From Pseudomonadota bacterium (GTDB lineage: Bacteria; Pseudomonadota; Gammaproteobacteria; Pseudomonadales; Porticoccaceae), in assembly GCA_049325095.1 (NCBI GenBank), contig JBMOPO010000040.1, positions 10,341 to 34,340 of the forward strand: a stretch of 24,000 bases of DNA, given 5' to 3'. A program made the translations under genes and the position numbers. The notes beneath the pieces are model-generated. The model made no database searches. It was not told where the DNA came from and saw only the letters and a list, made by a program, of their open reading frames with translations. Shown piece after piece: positions 22,269-24,000 of the stretch. Within the stretch, counting starts at the first letter, position 1; each line of letters begins with the position of its first letter.

Positions 22269-24000
22269 TCATGGGGACGCCAGCCACGCCCGCCAGCCGC
22301 CGCAGGCGGTGATGTCATGCGCACCGGCGAGCGCCGCGGCTTCGCACAGAAAGCCTTTTACGCTGCGGCCGTCGGCGAGTTCGACGGTGCCGATGGCGAG
22401 CGGTGCCGGCACGCCGGCCAGAAAGCCGCCGACCGCGGCCAGCGGCAGGCGCCAGACCTCGACCTCGATGGCGCCGCCGCCGGGCTCGCGCACCAGGCCG
22501 GGGCGCGGCGGCTCGAAACCGGCCAGCGCGTACAGCCGGTAGGCCGCTGCGGTGTGCGTGCGTTCGACCAGGCGCGCACCGCGATCGGTGAGTTCGTGGT
22601 TCAGCGGCAGGCCCTGCAGATGGCCGCCGCACACCGCGATGTCGAGCGCGGCGACTTCGTCGCGCGGTGAGAGCGGCGGGGTGTCGGCGAGCACCAGCCC
22701 GGCGGCGCCCGCGGTGACATTGAGCACCCGGTGCAGGCGGTCGCCCAGCGCCAGCAGCGCCCGGTCGTGCCCGGCCGGCGCCTGCAGCGTCACGCCGAAC
22801 GGCAGGCCGCCGGCGAGAAACCCCGCCGGCACCGCCAGCGCGCACAGGTCCAGCAGGTTGACGTGGTTGCTGTAGTGGCCGAGGCGCGTGTTGCTGGCGA
22901 TGGGGTCGGCGAGCACTTGCGCCCGCGTGTACGGGCGTGGAAGCGTCGGTGTGACCAGGCAGGCGATGTCCCGCCACAGGGGCTCGATGGCGCGGCGCAG
23001 CGCGCGCAGGCGGTAGTCGGCGGCGAACAGCGCGGCCGCGGTGTAGCGGTCGGCGCCGAGGATGATGTCGCGCACCACCGGGAGCACGGCGTCCGGCCGG
23101 CGGTCCAGGAAATCGCCCAGCGCCAGGCGCCGCTCGGCCAGCCACGGGCCCTCGTAGAGCAGTAGCGCGGCTTCGCGGAAGGGTGCGTAGTCGATGGGCT
23201 TCGCACTGCCGCCGAGCGCTTCGAGCGCCGCCACGGCGCGCGCGAAGGCGGCCGCGCCCGCGGCGTCGCCGTCGAAGTCGAGCTGCTCCGGCCGCGGCAC
23301 GCCGAAGCGAAAGCCCGCTCCGGGCGCCGGCACATCGGGCCAGTCGGCGCGCGCGAAGGGATCCTCGGCATCGAAGCCGGCGATCACCTCCAGCACCGCG
23401 GCGGCATCGGCGCAGGTCAGCGCGAACACCGACACGCAGTCCAGCGAGCGGCAGGCGGGCAGCACGCCGCGGCTGCTGACCAGGCCGCGGCTGGGCTTCA
23501 GACCGATCAGATTGCCCAGCGCCGCCGGCACCCGGCCGGAGCCGGCGGTGTCGGTGCCGAGCGCAAAGCTGACCAGCCCGTGTGCCAGCGCCAGCGCCGA
23601 ACCCGAGCTCGACCCGCCGCAGATGTAGGCCGGATCGAAGGCGTTGGCCGGCGCGCCATAGGGCGTGCGGGTGCCGGAAAGACCGGTGGCGAATTGGTCC
23701 AGATTGGTCTTGCCGACCAGTAGCGCGCCGGCGTCGAGCAGGCGCTGTACGGCGGGCGCGGTCAGCTCGGGTACATAAGCAAAATCCGGGCAGGCGGCGG
23801 TGGTCGGCAAGCCGGCGACGTCGAGGTTGTCCTTGACCGCGAAGGGCACGCCGTGCAGCGGCCCGCGCGCCGCCGGCGGCAGCGCGTCGAGCGCGGCGGC
23901 GCGCTCGCGCAGCGTCGCGTCCCCAACCTCGCTGATCCAGATGCCGTCGGCCGCTGTCGCGCGGCGCCGGGCGATGAGCTGTTCGGCCAGCGCCGCGACG
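22269..24000 (-). CDS. allophanate hydrolase (amidase-signature enzyme with C-terminal allophanate-hydrolase domain), 5'-partial at window end
   Basis: Amidase signature 'GGSSSGSALALA...GTDTAGSGRVPAA' and 'LHGVPFAVKDN'. The track 'M' at 23849 is an internal GTG Val. I translated upstream to nt 23999 without meeting a stop ('...ADGIWISEVGDATLRERAAALDALPPAARGPLHGVPF'). The C-terminal ~130 aa ('IAVCGGHLQGLPLNHELT...YRLYAL...GFLCE') match the extra domain of allophanate hydrolases. Confidence 0.88.
   Translation of the reverse strand, partial: VAALAEQLIARRRATAADGIWISEVGDATLRERAAALDALPPAARGPLHGVPFAVKDNLDVAGLPTTAACPDFAYVPELTAPAVQRLLDAGALLVGKTNLDQFATGLSGTRTPYGAPANAFDPAYICGGSSSGSALALAHGLVSFALGTDTAGSGRVPAALGNLIGLKPSRGLVSSRGVLPACRSLDCVSVFALTCADAAAVLEVIAGFDAEDPFARADWPDVPAPGAGFRFGVPRPEQLDFDGDAAGAAAFARAVAALEALGGSAKPIDYAPFREAALLLYEGPWLAERRLALGDFLDRRPDAVLPVVRDIILGADRYTAAALFAADYRLRALRRAIEPLWRDIACLVTPTLPRPYTRAQVLADPIASNTRLGHYSNHVNLLDLCALAVPAGFLAGGLPFGVTLQAPAGHDRALLALGDRLHRVLNVTAGAAGLVLADTPPLSPRDEVAALDIAVCGGHLQGLPLNHELTDRGARLVERTHTAAAYRLYALAGFEPPRPGLVREPGGGAIEVEVWRLPLAAVGGFLAGVPAPLAIGTVELADGRSVKGFLCEAAALAGAHDITACGGWRAWLASP

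Noticed and set aside
1-24000. CRISPR arrays, rRNA/tRNA genes and long nucleotide-level tandem repeats.
   Set aside because: I saw no regularly spaced direct repeats and no tRNA-like T-arm or acceptor patterns in the intergenic regions (1974-2016, 4269-4536, 5968-6595, 7385-7552, 9281-9517, 14711-14849, 16584-16714, 22180-22268). The repeats present are protein-level and imperfect.

Overview
This is a GC-rich proteobacterial chromosome segment. The bc1-sspAB synteny and a PVWY Qo motif in cytochrome b point to a beta- or gammaproteobacterium. It falls into three blocks.

(1) Housekeeping genes, + strand, 1-4268: the 3' part of the cytochrome bc1 operon (cytochrome b and c1 read as one uninterrupted ORF), sspA, sspB and a thiolase.

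(2) Accessory block, + strand, 4537-13062. It starts with a sigma-54 enhancer-binding protein whose receiver domain looks degenerate. A well-spaced -24/-12 promoter follows at 6321-6336. Downstream is a five-gene operon matching the Pseudomonas Fap functional-amyloid system:
- a FapB-like protein with three repeats
- a very large, very acidic FapC-like protein with three repeats
- a FapD C39 peptidase
- a FapE-like protein
- a FapF outer-membrane channel with a coiled coil

There is no recognisable fapA, and a periplasmic Sel1-repeat gene is appended. This locus is the main item of interest.

(3) Minus-strand block, 12995-24000: an MFS transporter with a soluble C-terminal extension, a D-aminoacylase-type amidohydrolase, a cupin, an isochorismatase-family cysteine hydrolase, a BMP-family ABC transporter (Tat-signal binding protein, two permeases, double ATPase) and an allophanate hydrolase that runs off the window end. 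It looks like an organic-nitrogen (biuret/ureide-type) scavenging cluster.

I recognised no rRNA, tRNA, CRISPR array, transposase or integrase. Many long ORFs in the track are antisense or out-of-frame shadows typical of high-GC DNA. All calls rest on reading motifs by eye; no database search was possible.
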